The notes: generated from the letters alone by a model not told the origin. A DNA stretch of 64,000 nt from Pristiophorus japonicus (GCF_044704955.1 NC_091979.1:316572001-316636000); one strand, 5' to 3'. Shown: positions 46,465-59,998, counted from the first letter of the stretch. A program made the numbers and translations.

Positions 46465-49400
46465 CAACACACTGAATGATTGCTTGAAAGCAAAACTTGG
46501 CCGCTTCAATGTCACTTCACGTGGGGCCCACAGAGAGACAGCATTGACTTGGACGACATGAAGTATAGATTACAAGATTTAATACAGGCTCGTGTGAAAT
46601 ATCAGGCCAGGTCTGACAACCACCTCGCATTTGTAAACTGTCAGCAAGGCAATTCAAAGGGGCAATTCAAAACTTAAAGGAAGCTGAAAAGATTCTGAGG
46701 GAGAACCATGAACATGAATTTGAAAGAAGAAGCATCATCACCTATGGAAACTATGCCTGGGTATATTATCACATGGGCCAACTGACAGAGGCCCAGTCCT
46801 ACCTCGACAAGCTGGAGATGATCTGTAAATAATTTACTGATGGCTCTCAGTATACAGCACTGATACCTGAAGTATACGGGGAGAAGGGTTGGTCACTGTT
46901 GAATTCTCCTTGTCAATACTATGAAGAGGCAAAGGAATGTTTTGAGAAGACTCTGGAGGAAGATCCTGATGACACTGAATGGAACGTTGGCTATGCGACT
47001 GTTTTGTTCCGTCTGGAAGGGTTTTCTGGTACCCCAGAGAGTGGTGACTGCAGCCAATCAGTGAAGCAGTTGTGACGTGTGCTGGAACTTGATCCAGATG
47101 ACTCTGTAGCCATGTTGGCTCTAAAACTACAAGAGTTCAATCAAAAGGTGGAAGAACACGAATTAGTTGAACAAGCATTGCAGAAGTCCCCTGATCTTCC
47201 ATATGTAACTCGTTATGCAGCAAAATTTTACAGAAGAGAAGGAGATGTGGAAAAAGCTGTGGAGCTGTTGAAGAAAGCATTAAAAATTACTCCAAACTCT
47301 ACCTTCATACACCACCAAATAGGTCAGTGTTGCAGAAAAAAAATATTTCAACTGATCAAATATCCAGGCAGCAAAGCCCCTCGCAATCCTGCTTTTCAAC
47401 AGAAAGCTGAGTTGATCAATCAATGCAAGTACTATTTTGAAAAGGCATTTGAGCAGAAGCCATCATTTATTTTTGCACAATTGCAAATCTACAACGCAGA
47501 AGGAGGCCATTTCGGCCCATCGTGTCCACACCGGCCGACAAAGAAACATACGGCCCTCAGTCAGCAGCCCTGAAAGTTACATATAAACGTATGAACAATG
47601 AACAATGGCAGAAAGGTAAAGAGCACCCAGCCCAACCAGTCTGCCCCACACAACTGCGACACCCCTTGCACCGAAACATTCTACACTCCTCCCCAACCGG
47701 AGCCATGTGATCTCCTGGGAAAGGCAAAAAACAGATAAAAACCCAGGTCAATTGGGGAAAAAATATCTCGGAACATTCCTCTCCAACCCATCCAGGTAAT
47801 CGAAACTCGTCCAGGAGATCACCCTGGATATATTCGATTTGCTGCAGTACTTACCATCATAGCTGTGCCTGCCAACAACAGGTTATCCAGTCTAATCCCA
47901 CTTACCAGCTTTAGGTCCATGTAACCCTGCAGATTATGGCACTTCAAGTGTCCATCCAAGCACCTTTTAAATGTGTTGAGGGTTTCTACATCCACCACCC
48001 TTCCAGGCCCTAAGTTCCAGACCCCCACAACCCTCTGCTTGAAAAAGCCACCCCTCAAATCCCCTCTGAACCTTCCACCAACCACCTTAAAACTATGCCC
48101 CCTCATAATTGAACCCACCACCAAGGGAAATAGGTCCTTGCTATCCACTATATCCAGACCCCTCAAAATTTTGGACACCTCAATGAGGTCTCCTCTCAAC
48201 ATCCTCTGTTCCAATGAGAACAAACACAGCCTATCCAATGATGTGGTATATTTGGACTTTCAGAAGGCTTTCGACAAGGTCCCACACAAGAGATTAATGT
48301 GCAAAGTTAAAGCACATGGGATTGGGGGTAGTGTGCTGACGTGGATTGAGAACTGGTTGTCAGACAGGAAGCAAAGAGTAGGAGTAAATGGGTACTTTTC
48401 AGAATGGCAGGCAGTGACTAGTGGGGTACCACAAGGTTCTGTGCTGGGGCCCCAGCTGTTTACATTGTACATTAATGATTTAGATGAGGGGATTAAATGT
48501 AGTATCTCCAAATTTGCGGATGACACTAAGTTGGGTGGCAGTGTGAGCTGCGAGGAGGATGCTATGAGGCTGCAGAGTGACTTGGATAGGTTAGGTGAGT
48601 GGGCAAATGAATGGCAGATGAAGTATAATGTGGATAAATGTGAGGTTATCCACTTTGGTGGTAAAAACAGAGAGACAGACTATTATCTGAATGGTGACAG
48701 ATTAGTAAAAGGGAAGGTGCAACGAGACCTGGGTGTCATGGTACATCAGTCATTGAAGGTTGGCATGCAGGTACAGCAGGCGGTTAAGAAAGCAAATGGC
48801 ATGTTGGCCTTCATAGCGAGGGGATTTGAGTACAGGGGCTGGGAGGTGTTGCTACAGTTGTACAGGGCCTTGGTGAGGCCACACCTGGAGTATTGTGTAC
48901 AGTTTTGGTCTCCTAACTTGAGGAAGGACATTCTTGCTATTGAGAGAGTGCAGCGAAGATTCACCAGACTGATTCCCGGGATGGTGGGACTGACCTATCA
49001 AGAAAGACTGGATCAACTGGGCTTGTATTCACTGGAGTTCAGAAGAATGAGAGGGGACCTCATAGAAACGTTTAAAATTCTGACGGGTTTAGACAGGTTA
49101 GATGCAGGAAGAATGTTCCCAATGTTGGGGAAGTCACAGTCTAAGGATAAGGGGTAAGCCATTTAGGACCGAGATGAGGAGAAACTTCTTCACCCAGAGA
49201 GTGGTGAACCTGTGGAATTCTCTACCACAGAAAGTAGTTGAGGCCAATTCACTAAATATATTCAAAAGGGAGTTAGATGAAGTCCTTACTACTCGGGGGA
49301 TCAAGGGGTATGGCGAGAAAGCAGGAAGGGGGTACTGAAGTTTCATGTTCAGCCATGAACTGATTGAATGATGGTGCAGGCGAGAAGGGCTGAATGGCCT

Positions 49401-51500
49401 GATCCTGCATCTATTTTCTATGTTTCTATGTTTCTATCCTCATAGCTAAGTTTCTCCATTCCAGGCAGCATCCTAGCAAATGTCCTCTGCACCCTCTCTA
49501 TTGCAATCACGTCCTTTCTATAATATGGCGACCAGAACTGCACGCAGTACTCCAGCTGTGGCCTAACCAAAGTATTATACATTTTAAGCATAACCTCCCT
49601 GCTCTTGTATTATGTGCCTCAGCCAAGAAAGGCAACCATTCCGTATGCCTTCTTCACCACCTTATCCACCTGGCCTGCTACTTTCAGGGATCTGTGGACA
49701 AGCACTCCAAGATCCCTTTATTCATCTACACTTTTACCGGTTAATGTGTATACCCTTTCCTTATTAGCCCTCTCAAAGTGCATTACCTCATACTTATCCA
49801 AATTAAATTCCATTTGCCACTGCTCTGCCCACCTGACCATTAGATTGATATCCTCCTGCAGTCCATGACTTTCTGCTTCATTAACGACCACACAGCCAAT
49901 TTTGGTGTCACCTGCAAACTTCTTAATCATACTCCCGATAATCAAATCTAGATCATTGATGTATACCACAAAAAGCAAGGAACCCAGTACTGAGCCCTGC
50001 GGACCCCACTGGAAACATCCTTCCAGTCACAAAAACATCCATTTACCATTACCCTTTGCTTCTTACCGCTGAACCAATTTTGGATCCAACTAGCATGTTG
50101 GCATGGATAGAGGATTGGCTGACGAACAAAAACAGAGAGTCGGGATAAATGGGTCATTTTCTGGTTGGCAAACAGTGACGAGTGGGGTGCCGCAGGGATC
50201 GTTGCTGCGGCCTCAAGTATTTACAATCTATATTAATGACTTGGATGAAGGGACCGAGTGTAATGTAGCCAAGTTTGCTGATGATACAAAGATGGGTGGG
50301 AAAGCAAATAGTGAGGAGGACACAAAAAATCTGCAAAGGGATATAGACAGGCTAAGTGAGTGGGCAAACATTTGGCAGATATAGTATAATGTGGGAAAAT
50401 GTGAGGTTATCCACTTTGGCAGAAAAAATAGAAAAGCAAATTATAATTTAAATGAAAAAAAATTGCAAAGTGCTGCTGTACAGAGGGAACTGGGGGTCCT
50501 TGTGCATGAAACACACAAAGTTAGTATGCAAGTAATCAGGAAGGCAAATGGAATGTTGGCCTTTATTGCAAGGGGGATAGAGTATAAAAGCAGCAAAGTC
50601 CTGCTACAACTGTACAGGATATTGGTGAGGCCAACCTATCGAGTACTGCGTACAATTTTGGCTTCCATATTTAAGAAAGGATATACTTGCATTGGAGGCT
50701 GTTCAGAGAAGGTTCACTTGGTTGATTCCGCAGTTGAGGGGGTTGACTTATGGAGGTAGGTTGAGTAAGTTGGGCCAATACTCATTGGAGTTCAGAAGAA
50801 TGAGAGGTATCTTATCGAAAAATAAGATAATGAGGGGGCTTGACAAGGTGGATGCAGAAAGGATATTTCCACTCATCGGGGAAACTAAAACTAGGGCACA
50901 TAGTCTCAGAATAAGGGGCCACCCATTTAAAACTGAGTTGAGGAGGAATTTCTTCTCTCAGAGGGTTGTAAATCTATGGAATTCTCTGCCCCAGAGCACT
51001 GTGGAGGCTGGGTCATTGAATATATTTAAGGAGGAGATATACAGATTTTTGAGCGATAAGGGAACAAGGAGTTATGGGGAGCGGTCAGGGATGTGGAGCT
51101 GAGTCCATTATCAGATCAGCCTTAATATTAAATGGCGGAGCAGGTTCATGGGGCCAGGTGGCCTACTCCTGCTCCTATTTCTTATGTTCTTATGTTATTA
51201 TGTCCTGATAAACAGCAGGCAGTGTCTTTGCAGATTGGGTTATTTGAACTGCACTAGAAAGGATCTGAATCAAATGCAATCACCAATTTTCTGGAAGGAC
51301 TTACAATTGAACAAGGCACAAAAGGTTGGCAATTGTGTCACGAAAATTTGAGAAAGATTGTATCAAAACAAATTGACAGGAATCCCAGAGACAGCAAGGC
51401 CTTTGGTGTTCCTGGGTTACTGCACCAGCTGGATGGGGAGAAGTGCGAAGCTATTTAATGCTTTGAAAAGGCCTTGGAGTTTGATTATGACAAAAAATAA
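46465..51500 (+). pseudogene. IFIT pseudogene exon 2: 46465-47483 plus C-terminal part about 51203-51500, split by about 3.7 kb of nested CR1
   Basis: Acceptor ttgttctcttacAG (46463-46464); LQCHFTW; frameshifts at about 46500 and 46660; stops TAA 46830 and TGA 47073. Resumes PDKQQ...KGSESNAI...PRDSKAFG...LHQLDGEK..AI*CFEKALE with more stops. Confidence 0.92.
47484..51200. mobile_element. Nested CR1 cluster: - strand CR1 (47484-48238 and 49437-50092) interrupted by a + strand CR1 (48239-49436), followed by another + strand CR1 (50093-51200)
   Basis: RT motifs (DFQKAFDKVPH, GVPQGS, FADDTK) and CR1 tails at each junction. Confidence 0.9.
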
Positions 51501-52789
51501 GCATTTTTAATAGAAGTGCCCAGCCTTTCACCTGTGGGAAACCTGATTTAAGATAACTGAAATGTCTGAAAAGAAAACTATACTGAGCCATTTATTAGTT
51601 TCATTGTTATACATTAGTCAGTTTGTAAGTCAATAAAGTATGTTTAATATGTAAAACTTTTAAATCATGCCGACTAGTGCCTGGTGCCTAAGACAATTAG
51701 TTTAATTTGAAAACCTTCCTCGAACGGGTGCAATCGGTGGAAACTCGCCATCCTCGTTATTTCTATCTGTGGGCCGGGCCAGTTTTGTAGATTTTTAAAC
51801 CAGTGTTAAAGATCACGGAATACTTGATTTACACTTGATGTAAATCATGCTCGAGTTCCCGTGATCTTTTGCGCTGGTTGAGCAGTTTTCACCGGATTGT
51901 GCTGATAAAACTATCACAAATTAGCAGAGACTCTACCCCAGTGTTTGAAAGATGCTGTGATGCTCTCTGATCAATGAACAAGTTTGGCAGCATACTCATC
52001 CGACTTACCTTATTTAATATATACTGTTAATATTTTTATTCGAAGCAGCCTTTTGCTTCAGTATTTGTGAGTACAGTCCCCACCGATTTCCCCGCTTTGT
52101 ACGGGATGGTCGGTATCACGCCTGAATAAAGATTATGTTCTCTCTCTCCGGGAAATGAGCCGCCCACAGCTCCCTGATTTCCAGCCTCTTCAATGGAAGC
52201 GGTTAATTTCTACCGCGTGACTTATGGATAAATGATAAAGTAATAGATTAAAATGGTTAAAAAATAATAAAGCTTTATAGTTGCAGAGATAGCTTTTCCC
52301 AGCAGAAATGTTAATTTGCTGTAATATCAGAGACTGAGTGTTAAAATAACCAATAAAAATGAACTGTAGTTACGATTTTATTTGTGTCATTGATCTGCGC
52401 TAATGCTGACAGCAAGTGTCACTCATAGTCCATACTTTGTGATAGTGAACTGTACCAGCTCTGTAAGGAACATTCAGACCAGCCTTTAACACAGGCAGTA
52501 AACTGAACAGCTGTTGATTGTGGAGTGACACATGGACCTTACACTGATAGCTGTAGCCATAATGCTATTAGAGAAAGGTTAGGGAGGAATGGTTGGGAAA
52601 GTTCCGTGGAATTGGACAGTGGAAGAACCTAACATTGGGAGAGGTGCAGATGCCTCACACCATATTTACACCGAATGGAAAATCACCTCCTTGAAACAGC
52701 ACCAGAAACAGCCTTTCTGTGGAGGTTTTCTCAGGTCCGTGCAATGCTGGAAACTGAACTTAAGGTATTGGAGATGATACACAGTCACC

Positions 52790-53470
52790 TGAGGGGCTAA
52801 ACTGGATCGCCCTGAAGACGGGATCAGAGATCATGAAGCGTGATTAACCCACGCCCGTTGATTGAAATGCAGGCAGCACGCCAACTTGGTGCTGCGCCAA
52901 CCGGCACCTCTTAAAGGGGTGCTGCATTGTGGCTGGAGCAGGTGCTGGGGGTCGTGGTTGAAGAGATTCTGACCTGGGAAAGAGGAAAGGCACAACAGGG
53001 GAGCTAGCGGTCTCCAAGTTATTGGGACGTTGCACTGAAGGCCTTGATGGAGGATGTGGAAAGGAGGCGCGATGTCCTGAATCCACAGGGGGGAAGGCAG
53101 CCCTCCAGACACACGGTCAAAAGGAAGTGGAAGCAGATAGCCGTGGTGGTCAGTGCCCGGAGTCAAGCCCCGAGGACCCGCATACAGTGCCGCAAGAAGT
53201 TCAGTGACCTCAAATGAGTGGTCAAGGTCAGTGAATGCAACCTCAAATGCCATGTCTTCCCAACTGCAACAGGAGCCACACCCACTGCTCAATTCACCAC
53301 ATCCCCATCGCTCACCTCCCAACAATCTCTCTCAGTCAGGCTTCATACCTGACATAGCTTCACCTCACCCTCACATACTTCACACTGCCGCAAGCCTCAC
53401 ACTCACATCTCACAGCTTGCACACACTGCTAGCTATTCAACCATGACAGCCACATCAGTCAAACAGATTG
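52790..53470 (+). mobile_element. Harbinger-associated Myb/SANT gene remnant
   Basis: LMEDVERRRDVL...WKQIAVVVSARSQAPRTRIQCRKKFSDLK at about 53040-53220. Confidence 0.65.
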
Positions 53471-53601
53471 CCCTGGAGTCTGTCTGTATTGAAGGTTAAT
53501 CTCCAGCACACTGCTGTGAGCAACTAGGGAGAACATTCACGGGGACATGAAATAAATGGTGTGTTTTTAACATTTTCTTTGAATCCTTTTGTTTATTAGT
53601 A

Positions 53602-54418
53602 CAGGTACAACGTCTGAACTCCGCTGTTGGCGCTCCTCGCCATCGGCCAATCCTCCGCTCCTCGCCATCGGCCAATCCTCCGCTCCTCACCGCCGGCCAA
53701 TCCTCCACTCCTCACCGCCGGCCAATCCTCCACTCCTCACCGCCGGCCAATCCTCCGCTCCTCACCGCCGGCCAATCCTCCACTCCTCACCGCCGGCCGA
53801 TCCTCCACTCCTCACCACTGGCCAATCCTCCGCTCCTCACCGCCGGCCAATCCTCCACTCCTCACCGCCGGCCAATCCCCCGCTCCTCACCGCCGGCCAA
53901 TCCTCCGCTCCTCACCACCGGCCAATCCTCCGCTCCTCACTGCCGGCCAATCCCCCGCTCCTCACCACCGACCGATCCTCCGCTCCTCACCGCCGGCCGA
54001 TCCTCCGCTCCTCACCGCCGGCCAATCCTCCGCTCCTCACCACCGGCCAATCCCCCGCTCCTCACCACCGGCCAATCCTCCGCTCCTCACCACCGGCCAA
54101 TCCTCCGCTCCTCACCGCCGGCCAATCCTCCGCTCCTCACCGCCGGCCAATCCTCCGCTCCTCACCACCGGCCGATCCTTCTCTCCTCACCACCGGCCGA
54201 TCCTCCGCTCCTCGCTGGCCGCCGATTCTCCGCTCCTCACCGCCGGCCGATCCTTCACTCCTCGCCACCGGCCGATCCCCCGCTCCTCGCTGGCCGCCGA
54301 TTCTCACTGGCCGTGGCCCCCCGGCACTGCCCTCCGTTGCCACCTTGGCCGCTTCAAAACTGTCCAATTTTCGGACAATTCTGGTTTTGGGAATTCTGGA
54401 TTCTGGACGTTGTACCTG
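53602..54418. mobile_element. Tc1/mariner-pogo (Tigger-like) MITE carrying an internal minisatellite
   Basis: TIRs CAGGTACAACGTC (53602) and GACGTTGTACCTG (ending 54418); TA on the left flank (the right flank reads GA). Confidence 0.7.
53630..54310. repeat. 25-bp minisatellite (CCGGCCAATCCTCCGCTCCTCACCG)n, about 27 units
   Basis: Visible period; the 25-aa repeat in the ORFs equals 3 units. Confidence 0.95.
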
Positions 54419-55426
54419 GAATATAAATATTGGAGGTGGGGAAAAAGGCTGCTGTCTCACAATAAAAAATCATCCAATCAGGTTCTGGAGTCTGTTCCCT
54501 TTCCTATTGGTGGGGGAATGTGTGAGGATGTGCGAGTCCGGTAATCACTGATGGGAGCTCAGGGTGGGGCTATTGGAGGTGGGAGGTCATGTGATAAAAC
54601 ATCCAGGAATACGTCCAACCAGAGTTGGCAACACTACTTCAACCATCCCAGCAGCTTTTTTCATGATAGCTTTGAAATACCATTATATCTTCCTGAGCTG
54701 GGTTTTCCTCCAGGAAGGGTTTGTGTCAGAGGTGGGTCAAGCGGGGCTTCCACCGAACACTCTGACCCACGTCAACCGACCCATTTTCCTGGGTTGGGGC
54801 TCATTAGACCCGCAGGGCAGGCTCCCAGCGGGATCTCCGTTACACTTCAAGGAGCCACCACTGATAGCCAGGGAATGGTGGCATCGCACAGCAACACCAG
54901 AGAGAGGAACATCCACCATTAACGGGGGCAGAAACACCCCAAAGATTAGCAGCGCAATTTTACTTACCGCTTCAGAATGAGCAGCATTTGTACAAACTGA
55001 GTGACTGGGGACAGAAGCGAGGGAGAGGTGCCCACTGTTGGGCCTTCTCTGTCCATAAGGGCGTTCTGCTACTTCCCCAGCCTGTATTATAAATATATCT
55101 AGATAGCAATACAAGTTGTTGTTGTATTGCCGGCCCTCACCTGGTGGCCCGTTTCCCACTCCCTGCCCCCCTCACCCCACCAACATATCAAATGGGGTAT
55201 GGGGGGACTTTCTGGTGGTGCTCTGAGGAGTGAGGTTCTGGCGGTCGGCTTCCGCACCCCATTTTCATCCTTCCCCATTTTTGGGTGGTGCAACTGAAGT
55301 AAAACCAGACCCTTGTTTCTCACTCAGTGGTGGATGTGTGAGTCGACTGTTAATTCTACAGTCACCATTTTAATTCTACCAATCTGGAGTTATTAATTTG
55401 CAAAAAATAAACTTTAAAAATATAAA

Positions 55427-55830
55427 GGCCTAGAAATTCGTTAGCCCCCGAAAACGGGCGCGGGGATCGCGATGTGCGATCAACACACGCCAGTTGTGGG
55501 GAATGCAAGCAACACACGAACTTCATACTGCCTGCTCATTTCCATGGTTATGGCATTCAGCCCAGTGTCGAACGTGCTGCTGAGTGGCTGAATGCTCAGC
55601 ACGGGACCCAAGGTCGTGCGAGGCTAGTACCACATAAAGCTAGCCTGCACTACTTAAAGGCAGTCTACATTTCTGAAAGGGGAGGTGCATTCTGTCTGCA
55701 GCAGCTCATTGAACTGGCTGGGGAAGACAGTGAGAGGAGGAGAAAAGAAAAATCATGTCACAACAGCGAAGAGAGCGTGTGGCAAGTTTCTCGGATACAG
55801 CACTGGAGGCCTTGGTGTAGGGGGTCAACT
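55427..55830 (+). mobile_element. Harbinger-like terminal fragment
   Basis: GGCCTAGAAATTCG TIR-like start; ERVASFSDTALEALV Myb-like ORF start. Confidence 0.4.
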
Positions 55831-55869
55831 CGAGGAGAGAGGTGTTGTTTCCACAGGGAGCCAGGAGAC

Positions 55870-58800
55870 ATTCATCACCAAATCACATCATGGTCTCTCG
55901 CCATACTCCTCTGACACCTCCTCCTTTGAACAGCTCATCTTGTTCCACATCTCTGTCATCTCATGTAATTCCTCATTCTCCATCGCCCAGCCAAATACCA
56001 AGTAATTTCCACTCAGATATCTTCACAACCTCTTCACCGACTGACTTCTCATCTTTGGTGATTTCAAGTACGTCCCAACTCAGCTTTCTCTCTCACCTCT
56101 GACTTCACTGCCCTCCTATCCTCCCTTAACCTCTCCCTCCATATAAACTCCACAACCCATATTCACGGCCACCCACTCGATCTTGCCAGCTCACTTGGCC
56201 CATTTTCCACCCTCCGTGAACTTGAATTCATCCAAAACTCTGCTGCCCGTACCCCAACTCACACCGTCCCGTTCACCCATCACCCCTTTGCTCACTGACA
56301 TACATTGGCTCCCAGTCTGGCAACGCCTCAATCTTTAAATTCTCATTTGGTGAGAAGGCAGATTGCAAAACAGTTTTGTTTAAGAGGTTAAGCTTCTAGT
56401 TTCACAATCAGGAAACAAATAATCTGGATAATAGAATAACATACACAGGAATTCAGTTGCCAGCTCTGTTCCCCTTTTGTAACTGACTTTGTGGTCCCGA
56501 TTTTAACTCCTCCCCACCGCCTGGCAAAAACCGACAGGCAGGCAGTTAAAATGGAGTGGGGTAATTGCTATGTAACCAGGCCGATGGAACTTGAGTTTCC
56601 CTGTGTCCATTCTCGTGAGCATTTTGTCTGCCTCTCCGGACCCGAGCCCATCACTTCTACTTGTGCTTTTCACTGACACTTTATTTTATTTCTCTTTACC
56701 CTTCATTGATCCCTCACTTCTGTCGACGTGTCTCCTATCATTTCTCCCCTCTCGGGTACTCGGCCCTCCCAATTCCCTACTCCAATCTGACAGCTCACCT
56801 CCACCTTCCTGCACTAATGCTGCCCTCACAGGTTTGACTGCATCTTAGATAAGCTTACAGCTGCCCCCTGTGCCTCGCTTGGCACTCTCCGGAGAGCCTA
56901 ACAAGACACTCAGCATTCTCTCCTTATGAGCAACAACTCAAACTGCCTCATCCTATTCTTCGCTGAGCTTACTACTCAGTGTGAGAGCTGGGCATTAACC
57001 TTTCCAATCTCCATCCCGTCCCACTCACCCCTCCCAAAGCTAACCCTGTGGATGATTGCTGCGACATCAGGGTCTTGACAGAAACCTGGCTGATGGTTGA
57101 AGGTGCCTTCCCCCAAGTGAATCTTTCCCACCAGGCTATACCTTTCACCACTGGCCTCACCCAAACGACCGCTGTGGCGGTGTGATATTTATCACCAAAT
57201 CACACCGAGGTAGTTCTCTGTACTTGTCTGGCATCTTCTCTCCCTTTGACCATCCCACTTTGTTCTACCTCTCTCAAATTTAAAATCCTCATTCTCTAAT
57301 GCCCAGCCAAATACAGAGCCAAATTTCTACCGAGATATCTTCACTGCTTTCCTCCCTTAGTCTCTGCACCAACTGACTTCTCATCTTCGGTGATTTCAAC
57401 CTCCATCTTAAATCAACATTCTCTCTCACCTCTGAGTTCATTACCCTCATATCCTCACTTAATCTTTCCCTTCATATAAACTCCCCTACCCATATTCATG
57501 GCCATCCCCTCGACCTTGCCTCCTCACTTGGCCTCGCTGTTCCCCCCGTGTCAATCACAGATAAGGCCATCTCTGATCACTTCCTAGTATTGCTCACAAC
57601 ACACATCCCCCTTTCCCCTCACAACTTCACTTCGTTCTGTGTCTGCCACTGTAAAAAAAACTCTCCCCAAGTCACTTAACACTGCACTTTCAAATTCTCA
57701 ACTGCCTCGCATTTGTCCCTCCATTGATCACAACATTTCTTCATTTACTGATCTGCTCAATCACTCCCTCACCTCCACCTCTGATGCTCTTGTCCCCATT
57801 TAAACCATTAATCTCTTTCACTCTGGTTCTTCTCCCTGGTACGGCCCTCATCACTGCTCCCTCAAGCCCAAGGGATGCAGACATGAATTTTTATGGTAAA
57901 CAAATGGTTTCGCTATTCATTGCCAGCTCTGACTGCAGCATATAAAGTATTATCGGGCCCTGCGCTCCTCTGCCAAAAATGCTCACCTTTCCACGATCTT
58001 TCTGGAAGGCATTGAAAGCCCCTGGCTTCTATTCTATTGACACACAGTCTTCCCAAATCCCTCTTCCTGCCTCTTCCACCCTCATCTCCAAAAACAAGTG
58101 TGAGGAGGTCATACATTTTTTGGTCACAAACATTGAGACCATCCGTTCAGCCGCATCACCTGCTTCCGTCTTTTCACCGAGCCCACCAGGTCAAACTTCA
58201 CCTATGGTTTCCCTCTGCTCTAGCCCTGAACTTGCATATTTCTCCATTTCTCCCCAATCTCACCTCATGCCCACTCCAAGCTCCCCTTGTCTATTCGACC
58301 CACCTCCTGCTCACTCGAACCCCATTGTTACCAAATTGATAACCGCCCAACTTCCCTTCCTGGCCCCCATAACAGCAGATATTGTTAAATCTCCTCAAGT
58401 ACTGTCCCCCAGCCCTTCACATCTGCTTTCATCATCCTTCTCCTCAAAAAAAATCATTCCTAACACCTCTGTCCCTGCAACCCACTGACCCATCTCCAAA
58501 ATCCTTTCCTCTCCAATGTCCTTGAATGTGCCATCGCCTCCCAAATCCATGCTGATCATTCCCGCAGATCCATGTTTGAAACCCTACAATCAGTTTTCCT
58601 CCAGTACTGATTCGAACCTTATCAAAGTCACAAATGACATCCTATGTGTCTGTGACTGTGTTAAACTAACCCTCTTCATTGTTCTCAACCTGTCTACAGC
58701 CTTTGACACGGTTGACCACAACATCACTTGCAACACCTCTCCTCCCTCCTCCAGCTGGGTGGATCTGCACTCTCCTGGTTCCATTCTTCTCTATCCAATC

Positions 58801-59998
58801 ATAGTCAGACAATCATCTGCAATGGATTCTCTTCCCACTACCACAGCATTACCTCTGGACTCCCCAAGGATCTAGCCCTGGCCCCCTCCTTTACTCTACA
58901 TCATGCTGCCCCTCGGTGAAATCATCCCACAACACAGCATCAGGTTCCATATCTGTGCTGACAACACCCAGCTCTACCTCACTACCACCTCTCCCGACCC
59001 ATTCACAGTTTCTAATTGGTCACACTGGTTATCCAAAACTCAGTACTGGATGAGCAGAAATTTCTTCCAACTAAATATTGGGAATCTTCACCACAAACTC
59101 CGTTCCCAAGCCACTGACTCCATCCCTCTCCCTGGCAACTGTCTGAGGCTGAACCAGTCCACTCGCAACCTTGGTGTCACATTTGACACCGAGATGAGCT
59201 TCCGACCACATGTCAGCTCCATCAGCAAGTCTGCTAACTTCCACCTCAGTAACGTCACACAACTGCACTCCTGCCTCAGCTCAGCTGCTGCTGGAACCCT
59301 CATCCATGCCTTTGTTACCTCTGGCCTTGACTATTCCAATGCTCTCTCGGCCGGCCTCCCATCTGCCATTCTCCATGAACTTGAATTCTTACAAAATTCT
59401 GCTGCCCGTATCCTAACTCACACCGTCCCATTCACCCATCACCCCTTTGCTCACTGATATACATTGGCTCCCAGCCTGGCAATTTTTAAATTCTCATTTG
59501 GTGAGAAGGCAGATTGCAAAACAGTTATGGTTAGTTTTGTTGAACAGGTTAAGTTTCTAATTTCACAATCAGGAAACAAATAATCTGGATAATAGAATAA
59601 CATACACAACAAATCAGTTGTTGGCTCCGTTACCCCTTTGTAACTGACTTTGTGGTCCCGATTTTAACTCCCCCACTACCTGGCGAAAACCGACAGGCAG
59701 GCAGTTAAAATGGAGTGGGGTAATTGCTATGTAACCAGGCCGATGGAACTTGAGTTTCCCTGTGTCCATTCTCGTGAGCATTTTGTCTGCCTCTCCGGAC
59801 CCGAGCCCATCACTTCTACTTGTGCTTTTCACTGACACTTTATTTATTTTTGTTTCCCCCTCCTTGATCCCTCACTTCTGTCGACGTGTCTCCTATCATT
59901 TCTCCCCTCTCGGGTACTCGGCCCTCCCAATTCCCTACTCCAATCCGACAGCTCACCTCCACCTTCCTGCACTCATGCTGCCCTCACAGGTTTGACTG
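55870..59998 (+). mobile_element. Tandemly duplicated L2 LINE unit: deleted copy 55870-56340, long decayed copy about 56590-59490, third start truncated by Gypsy
   Basis: Endonuclease VLTETWL and FGDFN; RT LNLSTAFDTVDH, CADNTQLY, HAFVTSGLDYSN, LQNSAARIL. 56200-56840 is repeated at about 59360-59998. Confidence 0.85.

Noticed and set aside
47973-49157. 394-aa RT ORF suggesting an active LINE
   Set aside because: Chimeric read-through from an antisense CR1 into a 5'-truncated CR1; no endonuclease.
52595-52760. kappaB-like GGGAAAGTTCC and ISRE-like GGAAACTGAACT as a promoter for a further IFIT
   Set aside because: Short imperfect motifs with no identifiable exon 1; could be chance.
15570-54310. 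CRISPR-like appearance of the tandem arrays
   Set aside because: Units are contiguous with no unique spacers, there are no cas genes, and the context is vertebrate.
53589-54551. 305-320 aa Pro/Ser-rich ORFs
   Set aside because: Products of the 25-bp minisatellite.
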